Below, one piece after another: positions 1 to 10,102 of a DNA stretch of 64,000 nucleotides. A model generated the notes under the pieces. The model was not told the DNA's origin. It was given only the letters and a program-made list of their open reading frames with translations, and did no database searches. Within the stretch, counting starts at the first letter, position 1. Every line of letters begins with the position of its first letter. The translations under genes and the position numbers were made by a program. Source of the DNA: a virus; the IMG/VR virus record IMGVR_UViG_3300047494_000229, positions 1 through 64,000 of that record, one strand, 5' to 3'.

Positions 1-747
1 GGTGGTAAAAAGGCAGTTACTTCAAAAGCGCAGAAACCTAAGTCTACTCAGAAAGAAAAAGTAACACTCCCCTCGTCACCATTAACACCTGTTGAAGTAG
101 GTAGTTTTGGGGGTGGGCATTCTTCCAATATTGGATATTTCTATAGAATTCCTTCAAATGAATTAGAAAATGATAAAAGCAAAATCAATACTAGTTTTGA
201 TAAACAGTTTAAAAGCGCAAAATCACATAATTTAACCCCCGGTATGGTTATAGAAACAAAGAGAGATGAGTTTAAAGCACTGGATGACGGTTTCAGTCAA
301 CAGCTTAATAATGCAGCCGTCTCAGCAAAAAAGGATTCGGCTTTCAATATAGTTGTTCCCAATGATAAGAAGCAAATTGATTTAGCTAAAGCATTACAAG
401 TGCCTGACAAGGATCAGCCATTGTATTTTCATGATGGCAGAGAAGGCATACAGTTCACTAATTACGGCTCTAGGATGTCTTTGCATGTCAATGAAATATC
501 TGCAAATCAAAAAGGACACGATGAAAGTGACGAAAAAGTAGAAAAAGTAGCTTACCAACTTAGGGAAGCGGGAGGTATTAACTGGGTTCCTGTGTTAGTT
601 AAAAATGTTGGGGAAGACAAGTATGAAGTAGTAGGCAATCACTTTGCTTACGATGTAGCTAAGAAAGCTAACATCACAAGAATACAAGCAATAGTTGTAG
701 GGGACGAAAGTAGCGGTATCAAGAAACCTCGGAAAAAGCGCGCTTGA
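1..747 (+). CDS. ParB/Srx N-terminal-domain-like protein, 5' truncated by the window
   Basis: Frame 1 is open from base 1; C-terminal PVLVK..GEDKYEVVGNHFAYDVAKKANITRIQAIV resembles the ParB-N fold. Confidence 0.55.
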   Translation, partial: GGKKAVTSKAQKPKSTQKEKVTLPSSPLTPVEVGSFGGGHSSNIGYFYRIPSNELENDKSKINTSFDKQFKSAKSHNLTPGMVIETKRDEFKALDDGFSQQLNNAAVSAKKDSAFNIVVPNDKKQIDLAKALQVPDKDQPLYFHDGREGIQFTNYGSRMSLHVNEISANQKGHDESDEKVEKVAYQLREAGGINWVPVLVKNVGEDKYEVVGNHFAYDVAKKANITRIQAIVVGDESSGIKKPRKKRA

Positions 748-828
748 GTAGAACAAGGCGGTTGCAAGGCGTAGTTTACCGCCGTAGGCGATCGCCCCGC
801 TAATTGTTAACTAACTTTAAAAACCACT

Positions 829-1182
829 ATGTCTTACGAACCATTAAACGACGCAATCAAAACAAAAGCAAAGTCTGAGGGATGGAGCGAGATACAGGAA
901 TCAGGTATACATTTGTGGGGCTACGAAAATCCAAGAGACGTAATGCCTTCGCCCATTCCGCTAGACATTCAAGTTACAGAAACTTGCAGAAGTGCGGGGG
1001 CGGTTATCGGATATTCTGGTGATGAAGTGGCAAAAGCGATCGCCTGTTTACTAAAACCTACAATTTCACCTTCATCAATTAACTTTGAAAAGTTTGAAAT
1101 TAAGCCCTTGAGAATCAAGAAAAATAAAAAGACGCGTATGAATCAAGCTAGAAATGTTAGCCAATCACGCGGTTTCTCGTAG
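829..1182 (+). CDS. hypothetical phage protein
   Basis: 117 aa ORF co-oriented with its neighbours. Confidence 0.5.
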   Translation: MSYEPLNDAIKTKAKSEGWSEIQESGIHLWGYENPRDVMPSPIPLDIQVTETCRSAGAVIGYSGDEVAKAIACLLKPTISPSSINFEKFEIKPLRIKKNKKTRMNQARNVSQSRGFS

Positions 1183-1225
1183 GCGATCGCCCTCACGTTA
1201 TCCCTTAGTCTTCTAGCAAAATGAT

Positions 1226-1456
1226 ATGAGTGAACTTAAAGCATTAATCCAAGAGTATTGTGTGCATCAACTGAATAATCAACTAGTTGACCTAGTTGAA
1301 CAGTATTATCCAGAAAAAAGCTTGACGTTGGATCAAAAGAACATTGTTCGGCAATTTTTACAAACAGCAGTAAATGCTTCGGCTGAAAAAATTGCAGAAG
1401 AATTTGAACAAGCTAGGCTTGCTATATCTCCAAGTAATCCACAGCTAAATCAGTAA
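1226..1456 (+). CDS. hypothetical protein
   Basis: 76 aa helical ORF. Confidence 0.45.
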   Translation: MSELKALIQEYCVHQLNNQLVDLVEQYYPEKSLTLDQKNIVRQFLQTAVNASAEKIAEEFEQARLAISPSNPQLNQ

Positions 1457-1850
1457 TATTTCTTTCATCGGTCTTACTTAATCGCCCGTCTGGTAATATC
1501 TGTCTTTGGGGCATTTTACGCGTACCTCGTTGGTGAAATTCACCGGGGAAAGCTATGGTTATTTTGACTGACTTTCCTTGAATTGTAGGTGTTGGACTTC
1601 TCCTCATATCCCCTTTGCGAGTTAGAATTTTCCGTGGATAACCCAAGCGTTCCTTCTCGGCGATCGTTGCTGGGGATAATGGGGCCCACTTCTGCCCATA
1701 AGGATCGGTTTCAGTCCTGAATCCTTGTTCTGCACGTTTCAAGAGATAGTCGCCAGTAGATTTGAGAAATTCAGTAGGTATAGAAAGTTTTCCGCCTAAA
1801 CGGGTGAGCGATCTTATAATGGGGTTTAAGTCTGCGAAAACTTCAATCAT
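1422..1850 (-). CDS. phage virion morphogenesis protein (Mu gpG / P2 gpS-like)
   Basis: F.TETDPYGQKWAPLSPAT...KIL...G.M..S and HQ.GT.KMPQRQIL motifs. Confidence 0.85.
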   Translation of the reverse strand: MIEVFADLNPIIRSLTRLGGKLSIPTEFLKSTGDYLLKRAEQGFRTETDPYGQKWAPLSPATIAEKERLGYPRKILTRKGDMRRSPTPTIQGKSVKITIAFPGEFHQRGTRKMPQRQILPDGRLSKTDERNITDLAVDYLEI

Positions 1851-2014
1851 GATTAAATATAACCGAACTACACCAGATTTGACACAATATCCTCTAGCCT
1901 TCCCAGAGTACTGTAATATTTTTTACGGGGCAGATGCCAATGGTAAGATAAAAACTTTTCACCCTTCTGGGGAGATTGCTTTACAACTTATTTCAGCAAG
2001 TAAAAAAATAATCA

Positions 2015-2779
2015 GTGAGCATAGCGATGGAAATAACTGTCAGGAATAAACAGTACAAGGCTGAACACTTAACAGATTTAAATTATCTAGCACTTGGCAA
2101 CTTATTTATTGATGATAGTGGTAACTTTTCATTGACTAATGTAGAGGACTATGAATCGCTATCTCAAGCTGATAAGTTACGATTGACTAAGCCAATTATG
2201 AAGCGGTTGATCGATCCAAAAGAGAAAGCAGCGATCGCCTCTTCCCTGTCTGCTATTTTTCCCAGCCTCCCCAGAGAACTTGTTAGCTATTCTTCAGGGG
2301 AATTCACTCTTAATATCACAATTGAAGAGTTACTGAGATTATCTTTGGCAGTGGCTAATGCTATAGGGAACAATACGACAAAACAAAAGCCTCAAGAAAT
2401 TACACCCGTACAGGAAGCTGCTATTGTAAGACTTTGGACAAATATTGAAGAAATTCAAAAAAGCGTTGATAGCATTGCTTTTGACGATTCAATTATTAAC
2501 ATTGATGTTCTTGAAAACTATAGGACTAGAATTGAATCGATTTTCCATGAATCTGTGAGTTTTGCTGCCGCATGGGCTGGAAGCGTTGCAGCAACCAAAT
2601 TACCTTCAAGAAAAGATGTCCTACCAATTCTTACTAGTATTCAGGGGCGGAAGGAGTACAAGCAATGGCAAGTCGGTAAAACTACATCAAGTCAAGAAGA
2701 ATTAGCACAGGCGGCGAATATTGCCCGACTTGAGGAAGAATTGAAGTTTGCTAAATCTGGTAGAGTCCTTGGGAAGTAA
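2015..2779 (+). CDS. hypothetical protein, possible tail assembly chaperone
   Basis: 254 aa ORF upstream of the tape measure gene; function inferred from position only. Confidence 0.4.
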   Translation: MSIAMEITVRNKQYKAEHLTDLNYLALGNLFIDDSGNFSLTNVEDYESLSQADKLRLTKPIMKRLIDPKEKAAIASSLSAIFPSLPRELVSYSSGEFTLNITIEELLRLSLAVANAIGNNTTKQKPQEITPVQEAAIVRLWTNIEEIQKSVDSIAFDDSIINIDVLENYRTRIESIFHESVSFAAAWAGSVAATKLPSRKDVLPILTSIQGRKEYKQWQVGKTTSSQEELAQAANIARLEEELKFAKSGRVLGK

Positions 2780-2797
2780 TGCCAACAGATCAATTTC

Positions 2798-2864
2798 TCA
2801 GGAACAATTGTTCCTGAGAAACGGCTGAAACCCTTATTATTTCGTGAGGAACAATTGTTCTTCA
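2798..2864. repeat. paired-palindrome dispersed repeat, copy A
   Basis: GAACAATTGTTC cores at 2802 and 2849 (47 bp apart) with linker GCTGAAACCCTTATT. Confidence 0.9.
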
Positions 2865-2895
2865 AAGTAATTAAAAACTAAAAGAAGTATACTTA

Positions 2896-3300
2896 TTACC
2901 AACCACGAGCGCCAATAGCGTGGCAAAAGTAAGTCATTGCTTGACTACCGGGGCTATCCGTTCTAACTTGAAGTGGTTGGCGTACTTTCTCTTCAGTCAG
3001 TTTTACTCCTTGGTTGTAGGTTCTAAGTCCCACGACCGACAAGTTTTCATCTCCGCACTCAGCGTTAAGTAATGTCTCGCTCATTATGTCATTTTTAATC
3101 TGGTAAACCCTCAAAACACTACCAAATCCAGCTTCTCTTTTTCCCATTGTGGTGGTATCCAATAAGAATGGATCACCATCACTGTCAGTCCCAACCTTGA
3201 CAAATTTTCCTGTATTCTGAGCAAGCGTAGCACTGCTAAGAATTAAAGTTGAAATTGCTACAACAGATAACACGCTGATGAAACGTTTAAGGTACTTCAT
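2896..3300 (-). CDS. secreted protein (possible moron or exclusion factor)
   Basis: Basic N-terminus, hydrophobic core and ATLA cleavage-like site; transcribed opposite to the tail genes. Confidence 0.6.
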   Translation of the reverse strand: MKYLKRFISVLSVVAISTLILSSATLAQNTGKFVKVGTDSDGDPFLLDTTTMGKREAGFGSVLRVYQIKNDIMSETLLNAECGDENLSVVGLRTYNQGVKLTEEKVRQPLQVRTDSPGSQAMTYFCHAIGARGW

Positions 3301-3484
3301 GTCAAATAAATAATTAATGCGTCATTTATTTGTAATCTTTTATACGCTAAAGCTGTTGTAGTGAAGACACTGAAAAATACTTGAAGCTTGTGTAAACTTG
3401 CAAAGATACTCATCAAAGCAAATAGGGCGATCGCTTACTGATCGCCCTATTTGCTAATACACTGGTTTTATCACAGAACTCAGG

Positions 3485-6400
3485 ATGTATAGATTATATC
3501 TTGGGAGCCTTGCTATGGCAGCAATTTCGCCTCTGACGCTGATTTTTCAAGCGGTCGATCAGGCATCGCCAGTAGTCAAAAATATAATCGCTGGACTCAA
3601 AGAGAATGTCGGCGTAGTCGGTGCTTTGAGTCTTGCGTACAACGAAACTCAGCAGGCGATCGCCTCATTCGCTGCCCAAGGTCAAAAAGCTTACGATCTA
3701 TTGATTGGTCAAAATGTCGAATTACAAGGGCAGTTATTGGCTACCCAAGCATCTCTAGTAGCCACTAATAAGGTAATCTCGGAAGGTTTCGAGGTTAAAG
3801 ACCCGACTAGGGCAATTCAGACATTAACTGAACCTGTAAATCAGGCGATCGCTGACTTGAGAAAAGGTTCCTTTGATTTAGTCGGTGTCACATCGAACGA
3901 TTTAATTCCACTATTTCAATCAGTAGCCAACGAAAGCTCGAAAATTGGAGCAAATCTAGAGCAATCTGCTCAGTTAGCTCTAGGATTTGGGGCAGCTACT
4001 CAGACCCTAAAAATCCCACTCCAGCAAACAAGCAATGAGCTAAAACTGATATTAGAGGGGCAAGTTTCCAGTGAAAATAGGTTAGCAACTGCCTTAAATT
4101 TGAATAACGAAACAGTTAATCGATGGAAATCTCAAAATATATTTGTTGAGGAACTGAATAAAAAACTGGCAGTATTTCGAGCCGGTAATGCTCTCGCTGC
4201 CCAAACAATTGATGGGGTTACAGCAAATATCAAAGAATTATTTTTAGAGTTTGGCAGGGTTGCGGGTGTGCCTTTGCTACAACCAGCTGTCACTCAATTA
4301 AATACTTTATATGAATTTATTAAAAACAATAAAGATGCTATTCAAGAGATCACGGTTTCTGTTGTCAATTTCTTTTTGGAGCTAGCTACAAAGGCAGGAT
4401 CGGTGTTAACAACCCTACAGCCAGTATTTCAAACTTTATCTGAGGCTGGATTTAGATTACTTGCAGCAGAAGGAGATGCAGCCGCCGACGCATTAACTTT
4501 GGTAGTGGATATAATTGTTAACTTAGTAACGGTGGCGACACCTTTATTGCAGGTATTGGCGAATATTGTCGATGCTTTAACAAAAATAGTTGATACCCCT
4601 TTTGGCAGAATATTACTTGAGACGATCGCTACCATAATTTTATTAAATAACGCTTTTACTGCGGCAACAGTAATTGTTAGTTTATTTACTGCGGCACTAG
4701 CTGCAAGTGGTGGTGGTGTAGTGGGATTTGGAACTGCATTGGTTGCAACATTCCCCATACTGGAAATATTCCCTGTAGCGATAACTGCTGGTACTACTGC
4801 ATTGACTGCGTTTACAGCATCGGCGGCGGCAGCAGGTGGTGGTGTAGCTGGTTTTGCTGCGGCAGCAGCGATCGCAGTTCTACCACTTGCAGCACTAGCA
4901 GCAGCCGTCGGGTTAGCTTTTACTGTCCGCGAAACCAAGCGGTTAGAGGAAGCAAACGACGCGCTCGACGAATTTAGCACTCAGGCGCAAGACTCAGGCG
5001 ATCGCGCCGTGGCTTTAGCATCAAAACTTAAGGCTCTCAACGATGCCGAACGTGATAATGGTAAACTGACCCAAGAGCAGGCAAAGCAACTCAAAACTTT
5101 ACAGATAGGTGCGGCTGGGCAATTAGAGGGATTAAAATCACAGTTGGCAGCTATTAAAGAATTAGTTCCCGCCAACGAAGACCAGAAAAATGCTCAAGCG
5201 GCACTTATTAAACAAACTGAAACTAGTATTAGTTTGTTACAAAAACAATCAGGTGCGGCCAGGCTTTTGTCTAAGGATTTACCCCAATTAGGGAATGATT
5301 ATGAGCAGCTGAGTAGAAAAGTTAGTAATGCCCTAGCTCAATTCAATAAACCAGCCAGCGCTGACCAGTTCAAAGCTTCAAGCAAAGAAATTGTCGATCT
5401 CAGTCAGAAACAATTTGAGATTGGACAGCTTACCGCAGAGCAGGTGATCGCCCAACTCAATCAAGTCCGAAATGACACACGCGTAGAATTTGAATTAAGG
5501 CGATCAGCAGCTGATGCCATCACCAAGATTCGCCAAGGTGAAACCGACAAACAAGTAAAAATCAGTGAGGAGCAACAGCAGAAAATCCAAGGGTTAATCG
5601 CCTCCGAGGGAATCTCCCAAGCGGAAGGGCAGAGGCAAATTACCCAAGCGAAATTCAAAGAGCTAAACCTACAATTGGATGCTGTCAGAGCTGCGATCGC
5701 CGCCGAAAATGCCTTGAGAAAATCCCAAGTAGATACCCAAGTAGCAGGAATTGACGCACAGATAGCAGAGGCGCAAAAACGCCTAGCAGAAGCACAAGGC
5801 AAAGGGGATAAGGGAGGAGCCAGAATTGCAAATGAAGATATTACTAGGCTTGAATCCCAGAAGGCAGCAGCCCAAGCATCCCTTGGGATTGATAGTGATC
5901 GCCTCTCCCAGTTAAAATCTCAACAACAGAAATTCTCCACTGAAATTGCTCAAACCGAGGGGCAAGAACGGCAACGAGTTAGGCAAGAACGGTTAAAAGA
6001 CTTTGATGAACAACAGCAAATATTAGATTCTCAAAACGCTCAAAGGTTAATTACTCAAGAGCAATTTAACGATCGCTCCCTTCAAATTGCCCAAGGTAAA
6101 GCGAAAACTGAACTCGCCCAACTGGAGGAACAGCGCGGTAAATTATCGGCTAATGATAAGGAGGGACAGGAGGCGATCGCCGCCAAGGAAGCGCAGGTCC
6201 GTCAAAAGTTGGCAGAGTCCACAGAGAAATTTGAAGCAGATAAATCCAAAATCAGGATCGCAGCTGTTGATACTGAGCAGAAACAATTGGCGGATAAATT
6301 AGCTGAAGGGGAAGTAACTCAGCAACAGTTTAACCAACAGTCCTTGGCATTGACCCAAAAGCGATTACAAGCTGAACTTGATGAGGTGCAACGTCAACGG

Positions 6401-7903
6401 GCCCGACTTAAGGCGGGGGATACCCAAAGGGCGGATGAACTCAATGCCCAAGAGGCAGATATTAGGAAGCGCTCGGTAGATGCGATCGCCCAGAATCAAG
6501 AAGCGCAAGTGCAACTTATTGAGCAGGCACAGAAGAAAGCGACTGATATCGTTAGTCAATCGGAGAGCGATCGCCTAGTTGAAATTGACAAACTTGAAGC
6601 CACCCAGACTATTCGCAAAGTTGAGGCTGAGAAATTACGAACGGATGCCATAGGCGATCGCATCAAAAAGGAATTACAACTTGAAAAGGATAATTTAGCC
6701 CAACTTGAAGCACTGCCAAAATTTAGTGATCCTGCCAAGGAAGAAGGAAGACAATCACAAATTCGAGCTTCTAGACTCAAAACTTCTCAGTTAACTAAAT
6801 CGCTCATTGACAATGAAATTGAGCAACGAGAGAAGGCTTATGCAGTTATTGAGGACAATTTAAACAGAGAGATTCAGGGGATTCAAAATACTGCGACTAT
6901 TCAAAATCAAGCTTTAGAAAAGCAAGAGCAACTTCAAGACTTCATCAGTAAATCCCTTGAAAATCAGATTAAGCTATTGCAGTCTAGGAAAGACTTGATT
7001 TCCTCTGTGGCTGGGTTTTACGAAGGTGAGCTTAATGTACTTAAGGAGACTACCAAAAACCAGAGACAACAAGCTCAATTAGGGGAGACAGCAGCCGAAA
7101 TTCGCCTCAATTCAGCTAGGGCATCATTTGAGATTGAAAAGCAGATTACCAAAGAGAAGCTTGAACAACAGCAGATTGACTTAGCCATTAAAGAATTGGA
7201 GTTACAAGGTGAGCAGGCTGGGGCAGCTTCAGCCACTTTAAAAGCACAGGCAGAACAGAAAAAAGTAGAGGCGAAACCTGGGGCGACACAAGGGGAGAAG
7301 GACGCGGCGGCGCTCGATGTACAGGCGGCGGTAGCCAAAGAGTTGGGATTACAGCTTAAAGGTGCGTTGCTGGGACAAGAGAAGGCGATCGCTGCTACTC
7401 AAGGTCAACAAGAATTAGATAATTTGGGGCGTACACAGCAATTACAGGATGATCAGAATGTGGCAGCTTTAGCGAATGCTAGAGTCAGCAAGGGGCAGGG
7501 GAGAAGGGAATTAGGAGATTTGCGGGATAATATTTTGAGGCGTGGAGCGGTTGATTCTACAAGAGATTATGCCAAGAATTTGAATTTCAATGCAGTTGGA
7601 GGCGGGTTAGTCTCTCAATTAAGCCAATTGCAAGCCATTTTACAAGGTGTACTACCCACCGGAACAATACCGCAAACTACCCAACGGTTAAGACCTGTTC
7701 CACTTGTCCGAGGATCGGGTCAGGGAACAGTAGGGAGTACCCAAGCAGCCGCTCCTAAGCCCGTGGGAACAGTGAACATTACCGTCAATAATCAATTTAC
7801 TAAAGATGATGCAACGATGGGGAAAGCCGCTGATAAAGTGACTCAGGGTGTCCGAAAAGAGCTTTACGATTTGGGCATACTTTTGACTAGGCAGACAAAT
7901 TAA
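3485..7903 (+). CDS. tail tape measure protein
   Basis: 1472 aa, Ala/Gln/Leu-rich and helical, central hydrophobic Ala/Gly segments, long coiled coil, TVNITVNN C-terminus; start may be 3515. Confidence 0.9.
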   Translation: MYRLYLGSLAMAAISPLTLIFQAVDQASPVVKNIIAGLKENVGVVGALSLAYNETQQAIASFAAQGQKAYDLLIGQNVELQGQLLATQASLVATNKVISEGFEVKDPTRAIQTLTEPVNQAIADLRKGSFDLVGVTSNDLIPLFQSVANESSKIGANLEQSAQLALGFGAATQTLKIPLQQTSNELKLILEGQVSSENRLATALNLNNETVNRWKSQNIFVEELNKKLAVFRAGNALAAQTIDGVTANIKELFLEFGRVAGVPLLQPAVTQLNTLYEFIKNNKDAIQEITVSVVNFFLELATKAGSVLTTLQPVFQTLSEAGFRLLAAEGDAAADALTLVVDIIVNLVTVATPLLQVLANIVDALTKIVDTPFGRILLETIATIILLNNAFTAATVIVSLFTAALAASGGGVVGFGTALVATFPILEIFPVAITAGTTALTAFTASAAAAGGGVAGFAAAAAIAVLPLAALAAAVGLAFTVRETKRLEEANDALDEFSTQAQDSGDRAVALASKLKALNDAERDNGKLTQEQAKQLKTLQIGAAGQLEGLKSQLAAIKELVPANEDQKNAQAALIKQTETSISLLQKQSGAARLLSKDLPQLGNDYEQLSRKVSNALAQFNKPASADQFKASSKEIVDLSQKQFEIGQLTAEQVIAQLNQVRNDTRVEFELRRSAADAITKIRQGETDKQVKISEEQQQKIQGLIASEGISQAEGQRQITQAKFKELNLQLDAVRAAIAAENALRKSQVDTQVAGIDAQIAEAQKRLAEAQGKGDKGGARIANEDITRLESQKAAAQASLGIDSDRLSQLKSQQQKFSTEIAQTEGQERQRVRQERLKDFDEQQQILDSQNAQRLITQEQFNDRSLQIAQGKAKTELAQLEEQRGKLSANDKEGQEAIAAKEAQVRQKLAESTEKFEADKSKIRIAAVDTEQKQLADKLAEGEVTQQQFNQQSLALTQKRLQAELDEVQRQRARLKAGDTQRADELNAQEADIRKRSVDAIAQNQEAQVQLIEQAQKKATDIVSQSESDRLVEIDKLEATQTIRKVEAEKLRTDAIGDRIKKELQLEKDNLAQLEALPKFSDPAKEEGRQSQIRASRLKTSQLTKSLIDNEIEQREKAYAVIEDNLNREIQGIQNTATIQNQALEKQEQLQDFISKSLENQIKLLQSRKDLISSVAGFYEGELNVLKETTKNQRQQAQLGETAAEIRLNSARASFEIEKQITKEKLEQQQIDLAIKELELQGEQAGAASATLKAQAEQKKVEAKPGATQGEKDAAALDVQAAVAKELGLQLKGALLGQEKAIAATQGQQELDNLGRTQQLQDDQNVAALANARVSKGQGRRELGDLRDNILRRGAVDSTRDYAKNLNFNAVGGGLVSQLSQLQAILQGVLPTGTIPQTTQRLRPVPLVRGSGQGTVGSTQAAAPKPVGTVNITVNNQFTKDDATMGKAADKVTQGVRKELYDLGILLTRQTN

Positions 7904-7907
7904 CCTT

Positions 7908-7974
7908 AAAAGAACAATTGTTCCTGACGAAACAATAAGGGTTTCAGCCATTTTTCAGGAACAATTGTTCCTGA
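7908..7974. repeat. paired-palindrome dispersed repeat, copy B (inverted relative to A)
   Basis: Cores at 7912 and 7959; linker is the reverse complement of the copy A linker. Confidence 0.9.
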
Positions 7975-7996
7975 AAATCACTTATAAACTCAATTT

Positions 7997-8572
7997 ATGA
8001 CCCTACTCTCAGAAATTCAAGCCGCACAGTCCCAGTTGCTACCGCCATTTATTAACAAACAATTGTTAGTGCGATCGCCCCTAACAGTTATCCAATTATT
8101 CAACCCCAATCATTACAATCTCTGGCAATTTGACTCTGGCAACTACGGAGACAGTAGCGATTACGTTTATTTGCGACTATTCCCAGGCTACGAAAGCGCC
8201 AACGAGGTGCAAGGGGACAGAGGATTTAAACCGAGTTTTAACGGGACTGTGGCGCAGCACACAACTACACGCCGAACGTTTACGGCAACAGTTCGACAAC
8301 AAACAGCTTTCATCTTCTACCTCGTTGAGAGGTTGGCGTTAATCGCCAATACTTCCTCTTACACTACTTACACACCCATTAAAATCGTCGATTTTTGTTC
8401 TCCTGAAGCGATTGACGATCCTAATACGGCTGCGTACAACGGCGAACTGGCAACGACTAGATACGGACGGATAGATATTGAAAAACGACCCGCGATCGTT
8501 CGGGGGTTTCAAATGGATTACTGCACTTCTGAGTGGGAGTTCAAGTTTAGTGAGGTCGATTTACGTCCTTAA
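7997..8572 (+). CDS. putative distal tail protein
   Basis: Beta-rich 191 aa ORF directly after the tape measure gene. Confidence 0.45.
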   Translation: MTLLSEIQAAQSQLLPPFINKQLLVRSPLTVIQLFNPNHYNLWQFDSGNYGDSSDYVYLRLFPGYESANEVQGDRGFKPSFNGTVAQHTTTRRTFTATVRQQTAFIFYLVERLALIANTSSYTTYTPIKIVDFCSPEAIDDPNTAAYNGELATTRYGRIDIEKRPAIVRGFQMDYCTSEWEFKFSEVDLRP

Positions 8573-8922
8573 CTGTTTTCTTGGGCATCACCAGCCGCAA
8601 TTAGAAAAGCATTTAAATCAACTTGATTGCCAATGCTTCCTTCCGACAAAGGAGGAGTTGAACCGCCAGCACTGTAAGTAGTTGCACTACCAGGAAACTT
8701 GTAGAAACCAGAACCAAGAATCATCTCATGCCCAACGATTACGTAGGGAATATTGACGCGAAACAAAGTCTTAGTGACTGTTGTTGTGTCGTCTTTTGTG
8801 ACAGTTAAATTCACGTCAACAATCCATTCTTTTGTTCCCTCGGCGATCGCTGCACTCAAACTCAAAGCTTTGCTGACAGTAGTCGCAGCTTTATCACGGG
8901 CGAATGTATCAGAAATGGTCAT
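8569..8922 (-). CDS. hypothetical protein
   Basis: 117 aa ORF. Confidence 0.5.
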   Translation of the reverse strand: MTISDTFARDKAATTVSKALSLSAAIAEGTKEWIVDVNLTVTKDDTTTVTKTLFRVNIPYVIVGHEMILGSGFYKFPGSATTYSAGGSTPPLSEGSIGNQVDLNAFLIAAGDAQENS

Positions 8923-8985
8923 AATATTTGTATTTTTAAATTGTTAGGAGTGCTGAATGTTTTCAGCACTCAATAGCTTTGAGAA

Positions 8986-9459
8986 TCAGTTTGTCGCGGT
9001 TTGAGGCTGTGCCGAAGCTGGGGTTTGTGGATCTGCTGTTGGCTGTGATGTTGGCTGTGGCTGTAACCTTGCAATTATGGCATCAACCTTGGCTGTGGAG
9101 TCAGCGATCGCCTGCTTCTCTTGTGCCAAATCTGCTGGGTCTACAGTTGTTCCAGATTGTGCTAGTAGTGCATTATATTTATCCTCAAGTGCGCTGTAAG
9201 CACTCGTTTGAGTTTGAGCCGCGCTTTGGTAGTCGCTTACAATTTGAGAGATTTGTGCATCTAACTTTTGAATCTCTGCATCTTCTGCTTGAATACCAGT
9301 AAGAATATCTGAAACCATTTTCTTGATCTCCTTTACATCTTCAAAAAGTGGGTGAAGTATTTCTCTAAATACTGTTGAAATAAAATTGATAGCAGTCTGA
9401 GTCATAAAGCTGACTTCGGTTTCAATAACTAACTTACTTGATTTTTTAGGCAGTGCCAA
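8986..9459 (-). CDS. coiled-coil hypothetical protein with Pro/Gln/Thr tail
   Basis: 157 aa ORF; start uncertain. Confidence 0.5.
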   Translation of the reverse strand: MALPKKSSKLVIETEVSFMTQTAINFISTVFREILHPLFEDVKEIKKMVSDILTGIQAEDAEIQKLDAQISQIVSDYQSAAQTQTSAYSALEDKYNALLAQSGTTVDPADLAQEKQAIADSTAKVDAIIARLQPQPTSQPTADPQTPASAQPQTATN

Positions 9460-9499
9460 TCTAAACTAATGACAACTTACTTGTCGGAGGTGGCGGAAG

Positions 9500-9979
9500 T
9501 TGTCGGAATTAAATAAAAAAGAGGCTCAAGCCTATCTCAATATTTCCGAACGCACTTTAGAGAGGTATGTGAAAAAACATAAAGTTGCTGTGCGCTATGA
9601 GAATACTGAGCATGGAAGACAGCCGTTTTTTCCCTTGAAGGAGTTGGAGAGAATCAAGGAGGAGCGATCGCCTACTTACCAAGGCGCAATTACTCATGAG
9701 TCTCCTGTTATTTTAGAAGAGCAAACCGCAATTCAATTGTGGGCAGAAGTGGCAGCACATACCCAACTGATGCAGCAGTTGGGTTTTAAACTGACTTTGA
9801 ATCTGAGTGAGGCGGCGATGATTTCAGGGGTGGGGCGATCGCGATTGGTTGATGCTGTAAAGTTGGGGAAATTGAAAGCTAAAAAACTGAGAGGTTGGCG
9901 AGTAAGGCAGCAAGATTTGAGAGAATATGTTGACGGGTTGTGGGAAAATTTTGGGATACTAGGGAGTGATCGCCCTTGA
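9500..9979 (+). CDS. double HTH_17 / excisionase-like DNA-binding protein
   Basis: LNKKEAQAYLNISERTLERYV and LNLSEAAMISGVGRSRL...GKLKAKK.RGWRV..QDL motifs. Confidence 0.8.
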   Translation: MSELNKKEAQAYLNISERTLERYVKKHKVAVRYENTEHGRQPFFPLKELERIKEERSPTYQGAITHESPVILEEQTAIQLWAEVAAHTQLMQQLGFKLTLNLSEAAMISGVGRSRLVDAVKLGKLKAKKLRGWRVRQQDLREYVDGLWENFGILGSDRP

Positions 9980-10095
9980 TCCCCTCTCCAGCTACTAAAA
10001 GTTGTGGGCGAAAAATTACAGAAGTCAAAACTGATTTCAGCGTCTTGAGGAAAGGTTTTTAATTTTTGAATTAGTTGCTCTAGGGTAATTGACAT
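9976..10095 (-). pseudogene. truncated phage gene
   Basis: MSITLEQLIQKLKTFPQDA...SWRG looks gene-like, then runs into the antisense of the HTH gene at a HIP1-like site. Confidence 0.4.
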
Positions 10096-10102
10096 TTATT
10101 TT

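Noticed and set aside
4429-7951. Antisense and alternate-frame ORFs inside the tape measure gene
   Set aside because: Shadow ORFs of biased Ala/Gln codon usage with no motifs; the same applies to most nested ORFs in the track
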